Made by a program: the position numbers and the translations under genes. A DNA stretch of 64,000 bases, from positions 130,815-194,814 of the forward strand of contig CAZYIA010000003.1 in the NCBI GenBank assembly GCA_964646765.1, read 5' to 3'. Shown piece by piece: positions 1 to 9,696 of the stretch. Position 1 is the stretch's first letter. The number at the start of each line of letters is the position of its first letter. Below the pieces are notes generated by a model. The model did not search any database and had not been told where the DNA came from. It saw only the letters and a program-made list of their open reading frames with translations. This DNA comes from an uncultured Candidatus Saccharibacteria bacterium (GTDB lineage Bacteria; Patescibacteriota; Minisyncoccia; Phycocordibacterales; UBA9973).

Positions 1-120
1 AAGGCCAAAGAAGGTTCTTAGGCGCTAGACTCCGGCGGGGAGGCCCGTTATAGCTAAATGAAGCGGCCCGAAAGGGAAGTAAGGTGGTACCGCGGGGAAG
101 CCCGTCCTTATGCAGTAAGT
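1..120 (+). ncRNA. rnpB: RNase P RNA (bacterial type), 3' portion, partial at window edge
   Basis: AAGGCCAAAGAAGG at 1-14 resembles the L15 GGCCAAA region. TAGCTAAATGAAGC (51-64) resembles the P18-region 'CCUAGAUGAAUGAC'. GGAAGCCCGTCCTTA (96-110) resembles the P4 3' strand 'ACAGAACCCGGCUUA'. No protein coding potential is visible. This rests on motif resemblance only; no covariance model was run. Confidence 0.4.
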
Positions 121-148
121 TATTATTGCCTAAGGACGGGTTTTATTT
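101..148 (+). terminator. Stem-loop (cccgtcctta / taaggacggg) followed by a TTTTATTT tract; terminator or terminal helix of rnpB
   Basis: A 10-bp perfect inverted repeat at 101-110 / 131-140 with a 20-nt loop, followed by a T-rich run ending directly at the ileS ATG (149). Confidence 0.4.
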
Positions 149-3100
149 ATGGAAGAACAAAAAAACGAAAAATCAAAAGTAGCAGAGCGCGAGGAAAAAA
201 TCCTCGAATTTTGGCGTGAAAATAAAACGTTTGAAAAGGCGCTCGAAAAAGAATCACCACGTGGAAACTACGTGTTTTATGATGGGCCACCATTTGCTAC
301 TGGTACACCACACTATGGTCATATTCTTGCTTCAGCAATTAAAGATGCTATTCCTCGCTATCAAACGATGCGTGGTTTTCGAGTGCCACGTCGATGGGGT
401 TGGGACTGTCATGGTTTGCCAATTGAAAATATTGTTGAAAAGGATTTAGGTATTTCCGGCAAAAAAGAAATCGAAGCTCTCGGCGTAGAAAAATTTAATG
501 AGTATGCTCGTAGCAAGGTGCTTACCTATGTAGGGGAATGGAAAAAAACTGTCGAACGTATGGCTCGATGGGTTGATTTTGATGGTTCATACAAAACAAT
601 GGACAATACGTTCATTGAGAGTGTTTGGTGGGCACTTGGTGAACTCAATCGCCGCAAGCTCGTGTACGAAGGTGTTCGCGTTTTACCATATTGTCCGCGC
701 TGCGAAACACCGATCGCAAACTCAGAAATTGCGATGGATAACAGCTACAAAGACATCACTGATATTTCAGTGTATGTAAAACTCCCACTGGCCAGCGAGG
801 AAAAAACTTCTCTTATTGCTTGGACAACAACACCGTGGACGCTTCCTGGGAATACTGCAGCGGCAGTTAATCCTGAGCTTACGTACATTAAAGTAGAGCA
901 CGGAGAAGGTGAACGCGAGTTTGCAATTCTTGCGAAAGATCGATTCCCCGCAGTAAAAGACAAATTTAAAAATCCGGAAATTATTGCTGAGTTTCCAGGT
1001 ACTAATCTCATTGGTAAGCGCTATACTCCACCGTTTCCATATTTTACGAATGCCAACATCCCAAATATAGAAAATGGCTGGCGAGTATATGGGGCTTCGT
1101 ATGTAACCACAGATGCCGGTACCGGCATTGTGCACTTGGCCCCCGCCTATGGTGAGGAAGATATGGATCTTGCTCTTATACACCACATTCCTTTTGTGCG
1201 TCATGTTGGCCACGATGGCAAATTTACTTCCGAAGTTACTGATTTTGTTGGAAAGTCTGCGAAGCCAAAAGGGGAAGAGAAAGACGGTCATCAGGTTTCC
1301 GATATTGAGGTTATTAAGTATTTAGCCCCACGTGGGACATTGTTTGCCAAAGAAAAAATAGTTCACTCCTATCCTCATTGTTTCCGTTGTGAAACCCCAC
1401 TATATTACTTTGCTATCCCAGCATGGTTTATTCGAGTGTCTGAAATTAAGGAAACACTTCTTGCGAAAAACGAGGAAATGAATTGGGTGCCCGACCACTT
1501 AAAACACGGACGTTTTGCCAAAAGCATGGAAGGCGCACCAGATTGGAATATTTCTCGAAACCGTTACTGGGCAAGCCCGCTACCAATTTGGAAATCAAAA
1601 GAGGGGAAGACTATTTTCGTTAGTTCCTTAGATGAACTTAAGGGTCAAGCAAAGAAATCTGGAAATACTTACTTCACGGTCCGTCATGGTCAAGCGGCAA
1701 ATAATACCGCAGAATTTTTTACTAAAGAGAATTTTCTCAAAGCCCAGTTGACGGAAGAAGGAAAGAAACAGGTTCGAGAAAGTGCCAAAAAGTTCACTAC
1801 CAAAGTTGACTACGTTTTTTGTTCGCCATTTGAACGTACTCGCGAAACGGCAAAAATTTTCTGTGAAGAATTACAGATCAAAGAAGATCAGATCATCTAC
1901 GATGATCGTTTGAAGGAGTGGGATATTCCTTCCGAATACGAAGGCAAACCTATGCCGGAATTCAAGCAGTACTTTGACGTAAATTACGCATACTCAACCA
2001 AGCGAGCATTTCAAGATGGAGAAAATTTTGCTGATATGGTAAAGCGAGTCGGTGAATTTCTCTACGAAATTGACCAAAAGTATACCGGTAAAAACATTCT
2101 TATTGTGGCACATGCTGGTTCGTGTCGTGCATTCTCATTTGTGGCAGAAGGGAAGCGATTCTCAGACCTTGAAAAAAGCGGCCCGTTATATTTGCCTAAA
2201 AATGCAGAAGTGCAGTCACATGCGTTCGTGCCGTTACCACATAATGCAAACTATGAACTTGATTTTCATCGCCCGTATATTGATACCGTCACGCTTGTTG
2301 ATGAGGATGGAACCGAGTACACCCGAATTCCGGAAGTAATTGACTGCTGGTTTGAATCTGGTTCAATGCCATTTGCCCAAGACCATTTTCCATTTGAACG
2401 ACCAAATTGGAAAAATGAAAATTTTCCCGCTGGATTCGTAGCTGAATACATTGCTCAAACACGTACATGGTTCTACTACACTCACTTACTTTCAACCGTG
2501 CTTTTTGATCATGCACCTTTTCACAATGTGGTAACTACAGGTACGGTACTTGCTGAAGACGGTCAGAAAATGTCCAAGTCAAAAAAGAACTTTCCTGATC
2601 CATGGCTTATCTTCAATAAATATGGCGTAGACGCGCTGCGTATCTATCTTTTAGGGAATCCGATTATGCGCGGGGAAGATCTCAATTTTTCTGAACGCGA
2701 AGTGGCTGATATTTATCGCAAAGTTATTATGCGCTTTGATAACGTCCGCGAATTCTATGAACTCTATCGTGATCGTGAACTTGAAAAAAAGCTCGGTGAA
2801 GATGAACCAGAAAGTAAGAATGTGTTGGACGCTTGGATTCTCGCACGTCTCCGTCAAGTTGTTTCAGAAGTTACTGAAGGGATGGAAAAATATGAACTCG
2901 ACGAAGCTCTTCGGCCGCTTGCTCCATTTGTAGATGATCTTTCGACTTGGTACTTGCGCCGTTCGCGCGACCGTATAAAGGATGGTGAAGAAGCAGCAAA
3001 GAAAACTCTCTACTTTGTGCTTACAACATTTGCGAAACTTCTTGCCCCGTTCGCTCCGTTTGCCGCTGAAGAAACCTTCCGAGCGCTTCGTACTGAAACA

Positions 3101-3655
3101 GACCCTGAAAGTGTGCATCTCTCAAATTGGCCAGAAGTTGCTACCCCAGATGCCCTTCTTCAAAGTCACGTTCTTAGAGATCACATGGCCGAGGTTCGAG
3201 AACTTGTGACGCTTGGTCTTGAGGCTCGCCAAAAAGCCAATATTAAAGTTCGCCAACCGCTTCGAGAACTTCGAGTGAAAAATCATGAACTTACCGGAGA
3301 ATATGCTGAACTGGTTACCGACGAGCTTAATATCAAAGCAGTAGTTCACGATAAAACTCTTACTGAAGAGGTTTGGCTCGACACATTGGTGACACCAGAA
3401 CTTAAAGAAGAGGGAACACTTCGAGAATTTATTCGCGCAGTACAAGATGCTCGTAAAAGTGCAGGACTTCATCCTAATGATCGTATTACTCTCGTGCTTG
3501 GGGTAACTGATTCAAGCAAAGGCTTTGTTGTAAAATACGAAGAAGCAATTGTGCAGGAAGTTGGTGCGGTTACAATCTCGTATAAAGAAGTCTCTGGCGA
3601 ACCTGTTACTATCGAAACACTCACATTTACGATTGAAGTTCAAAAGGTAAGTTAA
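149..3655 (+). CDS. ileS: Isoleucyl-tRNA synthetase with an in-frame inserted histidine-phosphatase (PGM-family) domain
   Basis: Class I HIGH motif (PHYGH) and KMSKS are present, together with the IleS-typical WGWDCHGLP, ISRNRYWASPLPIW and DFHRPYID...DCWFESGSMP. Residues ~510-680 carry an RHG histidine-phosphatase signature (FTVRHGQAANN ... IVAHAGSCRAF), which is not part of canonical IleS. Confidence 0.9.
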   Translation: MEEQKNEKSKVAEREEKILEFWRENKTFEKALEKESPRGNYVFYDGPPFATGTPHYGHILASAIKDAIPRYQTMRGFRVPRRWGWDCHGLPIENIVEKDLGISGKKEIEALGVEKFNEYARSKVLTYVGEWKKTVERMARWVDFDGSYKTMDNTFIESVWWALGELNRRKLVYEGVRVLPYCPRCETPIANSEIAMDNSYKDITDISVYVKLPLASEEKTSLIAWTTTPWTLPGNTAAAVNPELTYIKVEHGEGEREFAILAKDRFPAVKDKFKNPEIIAEFPGTNLIGKRYTPPFPYFTNANIPNIENGWRVYGASYVTTDAGTGIVHLAPAYGEEDMDLALIHHIPFVRHVGHDGKFTSEVTDFVGKSAKPKGEEKDGHQVSDIEVIKYLAPRGTLFAKEKIVHSYPHCFRCETPLYYFAIPAWFIRVSEIKETLLAKNEEMNWVPDHLKHGRFAKSMEGAPDWNISRNRYWASPLPIWKSKEGKTIFVSSLDELKGQAKKSGNTYFTVRHGQAANNTAEFFTKENFLKAQLTEEGKKQVRESAKKFTTKVDYVFCSPFERTRETAKIFCEELQIKEDQIIYDDRLKEWDIPSEYEGKPMPEFKQYFDVNYAYSTKRAFQDGENFADMVKRVGEFLYEIDQKYTGKNILIVAHAGSCRAFSFVAEGKRFSDLEKSGPLYLPKNAEVQSHAFVPLPHNANYELDFHRPYIDTVTLVDEDGTEYTRIPEVIDCWFESGSMPFAQDHFPFERPNWKNENFPAGFVAEYIAQTRTWFYYTHLLSTVLFDHAPFHNVVTTGTVLAEDGQKMSKSKKNFPDPWLIFNKYGVDALRIYLLGNPIMRGEDLNFSEREVADIYRKVIMRFDNVREFYELYRDRELEKKLGEDEPESKNVLDAWILARLRQVVSEVTEGMEKYELDEALRPLAPFVDDLSTWYLRRSRDRIKDGEEAAKKTLYFVLTTFAKLLAPFAPFAAEETFRALRTETDPESVHLSNWPEVATPDALLQSHVLRDHMAEVRELVTLGLEARQKANIKVRQPLRELRVKNHELTGEYAELVTDELNIKAVVHDKTLTEEVWLDTLVTPELKEEGTLREFIRAVQDARKSAGLHPNDRITLVLGVTDSSKGFVVKYEEAIVQEVGAVTISYKEVSGEPVTIETLTFTIEVQKVS

Positions 3656-3658
3656 GAT

Positions 3659-4570
3659 ATGACACATTGGGTTTTTATTGCACTCGTTCCTCCTATTATT
3701 TGGGCGGCAATCAATCATGGTGATAAGTATGCAGTTGATCGCTTCATGGTTGGGAGAAATCCTGGTGCGCTCATTATTACTACTGGCGCGTCGGGACTGG
3801 TGATGCTTCTAGTCCTTTCGCTTTTTGTCCAAGGAAGTGAAGCAACAGCATTCCAAGCAGGGATTATGATCCTCGCGGGCTTTTTACTCGCACTTTCGTA
3901 TGTGCCATACATGTATGCTCTCGCAAAGGATGAAGCTTCGAATGTTGCGCCACTTTTTCAGCTTATTACACCGCTTGTCTTTGTTTTAGCCTTCTTTGTA
4001 TTAGGAGAGACGCTTTCAGTTCTTCAAGTTTTTTCCGGCCTACTTATTATCCTGGGAGCACTTATTCTTTCAACACGAATTGAAGCTCTTACGTTTAAAC
4101 TACGAACATTCCTTCTGATGAGTCTCACGGCGCTTATGATTGCGGCGAATGTGGTTATTTTTAAATCAACAGCGATCAACAGCATCTTTTGGGATGCCGT
4201 ACGGTACGATCTTGTAGGGGTAGCTCTCGCAGGCCTCGCACTCTTTCTCTGCGTGCCGGTGTACCGTCGCGACCTTTTTAGTGCCATTCGCGAACATGGA
4301 GCACAAGTTATTACAGTAAATGCTGTTATTGAAGTAAGTAATGTTCTCGCTCGTATCGTAAATGGTTATGTGACCCTTTTTGTGCCAGCAACCTTAGTGC
4401 AATTTGTGAATGGTTTCCAGCCAGTGTTTATCGTGCTTTTTGGTATGGTGCTTACCCGCTGGTTCCCATCATGGGGGAGTGAAGCTCTTGATCGAAAATC
4501 ACTCTTGCGTAAGGGTTTGGCAGTATGTGTAATGGTTCTTGGTCTTATTCTTCTTTCGATCTATAACTAA
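3659..4570 (+). CDS. DMT/EamA-like multi-pass membrane transporter
   Basis: 303 aa and about 10 hydrophobic helices. An N-terminal WAAINHGDKYAVDRF motif has EamA-like topology. This is a family-level guess. Confidence 0.45.
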   Translation: MTHWVFIALVPPIIWAAINHGDKYAVDRFMVGRNPGALIITTGASGLVMLLVLSLFVQGSEATAFQAGIMILAGFLLALSYVPYMYALAKDEASNVAPLFQLITPLVFVLAFFVLGETLSVLQVFSGLLIILGALILSTRIEALTFKLRTFLLMSLTALMIAANVVIFKSTAINSIFWDAVRYDLVGVALAGLALFLCVPVYRRDLFSAIREHGAQVITVNAVIEVSNVLARIVNGYVTLFVPATLVQFVNGFQPVFIVLFGMVLTRWFPSWGSEALDRKSLLRKGLAVCVMVLGLILLSIYN

Positions 4571-4573
4571 TCT

Positions 4574-5143
4574 ATGCGAGAAATTGAAGTAAAAGCTAGG
4601 GTGCCGGATCGAGAAAAACTTCTCGCTGCCTTTGCTGGTAAAGGGATCGAACTTTCCTCATCTCAAAAAGAAGTTGATACGCTGTTTTCTGTTACACCGG
4701 ATTTTTATGAAGAGTATGGAAAAGGAATACCACCAGCTGTTGGCCTTACTCGTGTGCGAGAAAAATCAAACGGTGAGGTAACGGTGACATATAAAAAAAG
4801 AGGCGGGGGAGTACATCTCGACAAAGTTGAATATGAAGTCGTCGTTTCTGACGCAACGACGGCAAAGCAACTCTTCGAAGCTATTGGCCTTATCCCAATT
4901 CTAACTATGGACAAAACCCGACAGAAGGCCCATCTTGGAGAGTACGAGGTCTGCTTAGATGAGGTTGCTGGACTTGGAACTTTTATTGAAATTGAAAAGT
5001 TATTACCTGAAGAAGACAAAACTTCAGGAGAAGAAATACAAAAAGAGCTTTGGGGTACGTTACTCTCTTTAGGTATTTCACGTGATGATGAAGTACATGT
5101 TGGTTACGATATTTTAAAATATGAGGCTGACCTCAAAAAGTAG
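4574..5143 (+). CDS. CYTH-domain protein (class IV adenylate cyclase / triphosphate tunnel metalloenzyme family)
   Basis: The N-terminal MREIEVKARV matches the CYTH ExExK motif. It is an acidic protein of ~189 aa, a size typical of CyaB-like proteins. Confidence 0.55.
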   Translation: MREIEVKARVPDREKLLAAFAGKGIELSSSQKEVDTLFSVTPDFYEEYGKGIPPAVGLTRVREKSNGEVTVTYKKRGGGVHLDKVEYEVVVSDATTAKQLFEAIGLIPILTMDKTRQKAHLGEYEVCLDEVAGLGTFIEIEKLLPEEDKTSGEEIQKELWGTLLSLGISRDDEVHVGYDILKYEADLKK

Positions 5144-5144
5144 T

Positions 5145-5717
5145 ATGAAAAAAGTTTTCCTTATTCATGGATTTGAAGGACTACCCAATGGAGGGTGGCG
5201 GCCTTGGTTATTAGGAGAGCTTGCTCGAGAAAAAAAAATCTATGGTTGCGCGCTTCCTATGCCGACGCCATACGAACCCAAGGTTTCAGAATGGGTAGCT
5301 GAAATTAATCGTGTCTCATTCCCAAAGGAAGATTCAGTTGTTCTTGTTGGTCATAGTCTCGGGGCAACAGCCGTTTTACGTTACCTTGAAACACTACCCC
5401 CTCAAATTTCTATCGCGGGAGCAGTACTTGTTTCTGGTCCATTAGAAAATCTCCCCGGTGTTGAGAATAGTAAAAACATGCAAAGTTTTTTTGAACAGCC
5501 GTTTGAGTTTGAAAAAATTAAAGCATCATGTAAGAAATTTGCTGTTATCCATGGTGCCAACGACAACGTCGTGCCATTTTCTCATGCAGAGAAACTCGCT
5601 AAGCACTTAAACTGCGAGCTCATTTCGATACCGGAGGGTTTCCATCTTTCAGGAGGAGCTGGTTGGTATAAATTACCAGAAGCGTTCACTGAGATTCTAA
5701 AAATACTTGGTGAGTGA
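5145..5717 (+). CDS. Alpha/beta-fold serine hydrolase (YdeN/RBBP9-like)
   Basis: LIHGFEG and a GHSLGA nucleophile elbow at about the expected spacing, in ~190 aa. The start was moved to ATG 5145 just after the upstream stop. Confidence 0.55.
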   Translation: MKKVFLIHGFEGLPNGGWRPWLLGELAREKKIYGCALPMPTPYEPKVSEWVAEINRVSFPKEDSVVLVGHSLGATAVLRYLETLPPQISIAGAVLVSGPLENLPGVENSKNMQSFFEQPFEFEKIKASCKKFAVIHGANDNVVPFSHAEKLAKHLNCELISIPEGFHLSGGAGWYKLPEAFTEILKILGE

Positions 5718-5719
5718 GT

Positions 5720-6301
5720 ATGCATCCCATTTATCATACCAATGCATTTATTGTAGGTTCGCAACCAAAAGGCGAGGCGAATAGATCGTATCTTTTGTTA
5801 ACCAGTGACATGGGAGTATTTTCTGCCGTTTCTCAAGGAGTGCGGCTCGAGAAATCAAAGTTGCGCTACTCACTCCAAGATTTTTCATATGCTCGTATCG
5901 ATTTAGTGCGTGGTAAAGATGTGTGGCGAATAACATCGGCTACGCCGATCGAAACATTTGCTCGAGTTTATCAAAGTGAGCGAGGTATGCGATTTCTCAA
6001 GAATCTTGAAAAGCTCATGCGACGTCTTGTTCGTGGAGAGGTGGCTCATCCAACAATTCTTTCAGACGTGCTCGATGTTCTTCGTTTTTTTAATAAACAA
6101 GAGAGTCAAATTATCCATGCTCCAGTAGAATTAACCCTGTTTCTCCGTATTTTGTATACCCTTGGGTACGTTTCCCCAACGAAGGTGTTTGAAGAGTACC
6201 TCGGAGCTCCATTTCAGCCAGAAAGGATACAAGAAGCAACGTTTCCTAAAAAAGAGGTTATTGAAATTATCCGACTGGCGCTTGCGGAAAGCCAATTGTA
6301 A
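5720..6301 (+). CDS. recO: DNA repair protein RecO (short form)
   Basis: The N-terminal OB-fold region NAFIVGSQPKGEANRSYLLLTSDMGVFSAVSQGVRLEKSKLRYSLQDFSYARIDL matches the RecO_N pattern (G...vAKGaRr.kSr...Lq.F). No obvious Zn-finger is present. Confidence 0.55.
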   Translation: MHPIYHTNAFIVGSQPKGEANRSYLLLTSDMGVFSAVSQGVRLEKSKLRYSLQDFSYARIDLVRGKDVWRITSATPIETFARVYQSERGMRFLKNLEKLMRRLVRGEVAHPTILSDVLDVLRFFNKQESQIIHAPVELTLFLRILYTLGYVSPTKVFEEYLGAPFQPERIQEATFPKKEVIEIIRLALAESQL

Positions 6302-6373
6302 GCGCATTAAGCTCTAAGCGTCATAGAAAGGGCTGACGAGTCGAATCTCGCTTGCTATACTTGCCTATATCAT

Positions 6374-8323
6374 ATGATTTCAAATGAGAATGAAAAGCCG
6401 CATGGTTTAGAGGATGTAACAAAAAAACTCTATAGCCGAGATGAGAAAGTTTTACCCGCACGGCGAGTGGGTATTTTACATAGTTTTAAAAAAGCTGTAG
6501 CTACTACCTGGAATTCTGAAAAGAAAGAGCAAGTTAAAGAAACTATTGCTACGCTCTCTGATCATGCCACCCATACCCCCTTCTTTAAGAAATTTTTTGT
6601 TGCCTCGAGTATTTTCTTTTTGGTCGCTTTGGCAATCGGAGGCTACCTCTTTTTCTTTGGCGGCGGGTCAGTTTCTTCAGAGAATGTAGGAATTAATATT
6701 TTAGGAAATGCTTTTACCTCTGGTGGTGAAAATCTTCCTCTGACGCTTGAAATTAGTAATAAAAACGCTATCCCACTCGAGCTTACTGATCTTATTATTG
6801 AGTACCCTAAAAGTGGGACAAGTCTTACCGATAACCCATCAGATATTGCTCGCGAACGTCAGTCAATTGGTACTGTTGAGGCTGGAAAAATTATCGAGCA
6901 TAAGGTAGATCTAACACTGTACGGAAAAGAGGGAAGCGTTAAACAAATTAAATTTACTCTTGAATTTCATGTGCCAGGATCAAACGCGGTATTTCAACGC
7001 GAAAAATTATTTGCGGTAAATATTAGTTCAGCGCCAATTAGTCTTACGGTGACCGCGCCAAACTCAACTACGGCTGAACAGGATTACACTGCAACTGTTA
7101 CCGTGGCAGCAAACACAACACGCTCTATTCCAAATATGCTTGTGCGCGTTGATTATCCAACTGGGTTTAAATTCCAGAGTGCAACGCCGCAGCCGACCTA
7201 TCTTTCAAACGTATGGAATATTGGCACGGTAGAACCTGGTAAACCAATTGATATTCAAATCAAAGGCACGCTTTCTGGAGAAGATGGTGAAGAGCGTTCG
7301 TTTAGAGTATATACCGGTGAAGCTAACCCGTCAGACAAAAATGAAATTGGTGTAGTGTATCAATCAACTCTCCACACTGTTGATCTAGTTCGTCCGTTTA
7401 TTGAAGCAACACTTGTGGTTAATGGCCAACGTGGTCCTGAAGTTACTATCAGTCCTCGCTCAACTATTACTGTTGAAATTCCATGGGCAAACAATCTGCC
7501 ATCATCGGTACTTGATGCTGAAATCAAAGCGACTATTTCTGGTAACCTCATTGATCGTACAACGGTCCAGCCTCGTGGAGGTTTCTTTAACTCGTCAGAA
7601 AATAGCATTATCTGGAATCGGGACACAGACGAAACGTTTGGTACGCTCGAACCAGGCGAGCATGGCAGCGTAGGCTTTACGTTCTCTACGTATAGTCTCT
7701 ACCACGACAATCAACTAGCTACGAATCCTACAGTTTCGGTTGATGTTTCAATTTCTGGTAAACAACCACAAGAAGGTAATTTCCTCCAGGCGGTGAATAG
7801 TTTTGCAAAAACAACAGCCAAGCTCACCACTGATTTTGCTTTCTCTGGTCAAGCGTACTACCACAGCGGACCGTTTGTAAACAGTGGACCACTTCCTCCA
7901 AAAGTTGATCAAAAAACCACATACACTGTTCGTTGGGCGCTTACTAGTTCGGCAAACAGTGTAAAAAATGTTGTGGTTCGAGGGGCACTTCCTCCGTATG
8001 TTCATTTCTTGGGTAATGTTTCGCCAGATGACGAAGATCTTTCACTTGACCCAATTACAGGTGAGGTTGTTTGGAACGCGGGTACAGTAGTTCGTGGTGC
8101 TGGTCTTACTGCTGATAGTGATCCGCGAGCGGTGTACTTCCAAGTTGAACTTACTCCATCTCTTTCGCAAATTGGTGATACTCCAACACTGGTTCTTGAA
8201 TCAAAAGCAACTGGGGTAGATACCTTTACCGGATTCCCACTTACATCAACCTGGCGTGAAATTAACACCCGGGTGTTTAATGATGCTGGATATCAGCAAG
8301 GTACCGACCAGGTAGTGCAATAA
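6374..8323 (+). CDS. Hypothetical membrane-anchored surface protein with repeated beta-rich domains
   Basis: 649 aa with an N-terminal TM helix (FFVASSIFFLVALAIGGYLFFF). It is Thr/Ser/Val-rich, with a recurring 'TGEVVWNAGTV / TLEPGE' type of motif reminiscent of DUF11-like conserved repeat domains. Confidence 0.4.
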   Translation: MISNENEKPHGLEDVTKKLYSRDEKVLPARRVGILHSFKKAVATTWNSEKKEQVKETIATLSDHATHTPFFKKFFVASSIFFLVALAIGGYLFFFGGGSVSSENVGINILGNAFTSGGENLPLTLEISNKNAIPLELTDLIIEYPKSGTSLTDNPSDIARERQSIGTVEAGKIIEHKVDLTLYGKEGSVKQIKFTLEFHVPGSNAVFQREKLFAVNISSAPISLTVTAPNSTTAEQDYTATVTVAANTTRSIPNMLVRVDYPTGFKFQSATPQPTYLSNVWNIGTVEPGKPIDIQIKGTLSGEDGEERSFRVYTGEANPSDKNEIGVVYQSTLHTVDLVRPFIEATLVVNGQRGPEVTISPRSTITVEIPWANNLPSSVLDAEIKATISGNLIDRTTVQPRGGFFNSSENSIIWNRDTDETFGTLEPGEHGSVGFTFSTYSLYHDNQLATNPTVSVDVSISGKQPQEGNFLQAVNSFAKTTAKLTTDFAFSGQAYYHSGPFVNSGPLPPKVDQKTTYTVRWALTSSANSVKNVVVRGALPPYVHFLGNVSPDDEDLSLDPITGEVVWNAGTVVRGAGLTADSDPRAVYFQVELTPSLSQIGDTPTLVLESKATGVDTFTGFPLTSTWREINTRVFNDAGYQQGTDQVVQ

Positions 8324-8359
8324 ATTGCTAATTAAGGAAATTTCGGTAAAGTAGGAGGA

Positions 8360-9691
8360 ATGGAAGCTAAAAACCCCGAACTTATGGAGAAGATTGAATC
8401 GTTGTGCAAACGCCGCGGTTTCATCTTCCAAGGATCAGAACTTTATGGTGGCCTTGCCGGTACTTGGGATTATGGGCCGCTTGGAGTAGCTCTTAAAAAG
8501 AATATTGAACGTCTCTGGTGGAATAAATTTGTTGAAGCTCGAGAGGATGTATATGGATTGGATTCAGCAATTTTAATGAATCCAAAAGTATGGGAAGCTT
8601 CTGGTCATGTGGCAGGATTTTCGGACCCGCTGGTTGAATGTACAAAATGTAAAAAACGATTCCGCGCCGATCAAGTTCCAGAAAAAGGGAAGTGTCCTGA
8701 ATGTGGCGGTGCTCTTGGTGAAGAACGTCAGTTTAATATGATGTTCGCTACCAAAATTGGTGCCGTCGAAGATTCTTCTGCCACTGTGTATCTTCGTCCA
8801 GAAAATGCACAGGGGATGTTTGTGAACTATAAAAATATTATTGATTCGCTTCACCCTAAATTACCGTTCGGTATCGCTCAAATTGGTAAGGCGTTCCGTA
8901 ACGAAATTACTCCACGTGATTTTACGTTCCGTACTCGTGAATTTAACCTCATGGAGTTTGAATACTTCGTAAAACCAATGGAATGGGAAAAGTATTTCGA
9001 ATACTGGCACTACCAGATGCGGTCTTGGATTGAAGAGGTAGGTATTGATGCGACGATGGTGCACGAAATTGAAGTAGCTAAAGAAGATCGTGCTCACTAC
9101 TCTTCACGCACGGTTGATTTCCATTTTGATTTTCCATTTGGAAATAGCGAGCTCTACGGTTTAGCCTATCGTGGTAATTTTGATCTTACCCAGCATCAGA
9201 CGCATTCAAAAGTAAATCTTGAATATCTTGATGAGGAAGCAAAAGAAGGCGACGAGAGAAAATACCTCCCTCATGTTATTGAGCCGACTTTTGGTCTTGA
9301 TCGCACTATTCTTGCAGTACTGACTTCGGCATATCGCGAGGTGCCAGCTGGCGTTGGAGAGACACGAGTGTTCCTTGAATTAAAGCCCGCAATCGCTCCA
9401 GTTATCTGCGCAGTATCTCCGCTTCTCAAAAACAAACCAGAACTCGTCAAAATGGCACGCGATGTGTACGAAATTTTGAAACTCGAATTTGGTCGCGTGA
9501 TGTTTGATGATAATGGCAACATTGGTAAACGCTATCGTCGCCAAGATGAAATTGGTACGCCATGGTGTATTGTGGTTGATTTCGACTCGCTCGAAAAAGA
9601 TGATGTCACTATCCGTGATCGTGATACCGGAGAACAAGAACGAGTAGCTGTAAGTGAGCTAGTAAACTATCTGAAAAATAATCTAAAATAG
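8360..9691 (+). CDS. glyQS: Glycyl-tRNA synthetase (alpha2 type)
   Basis: FIFQGSELYGGLAGTWDYGPLG and the class II motifs are present. There is a Zn-ribbon-like CTKCKKRF...CPECG insert. AGGAGG lies 5 nt upstream of the ATG. Confidence 0.9.
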   Translation: MEAKNPELMEKIESLCKRRGFIFQGSELYGGLAGTWDYGPLGVALKKNIERLWWNKFVEAREDVYGLDSAILMNPKVWEASGHVAGFSDPLVECTKCKKRFRADQVPEKGKCPECGGALGEERQFNMMFATKIGAVEDSSATVYLRPENAQGMFVNYKNIIDSLHPKLPFGIAQIGKAFRNEITPRDFTFRTREFNLMEFEYFVKPMEWEKYFEYWHYQMRSWIEEVGIDATMVHEIEVAKEDRAHYSSRTVDFHFDFPFGNSELYGLAYRGNFDLTQHQTHSKVNLEYLDEEAKEGDERKYLPHVIEPTFGLDRTILAVLTSAYREVPAGVGETRVFLELKPAIAPVICAVSPLLKNKPELVKMARDVYEILKLEFGRVMFDDNGNIGKRYRRQDEIGTPWCIVVDFDSLEKDDVTIRDRDTGEQERVAVSELVNYLKNNLK

Positions 9692-9696
9692 TTTGT

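Noticed and set aside
745-1291. Minus-strand ORFs (88 and 174 aa) antisense to ileS
   Set aside because: They lie entirely inside a strongly supported ileS frame and are antisense artefacts.
6302-6373. Possible tRNA: gag-TCGAATC-tc looks like a T-loop
   Set aside because: The loop register is shifted relative to TTCGAAT, and the acceptor-stem candidates span only ~54 nt, too short for a cloverleaf.
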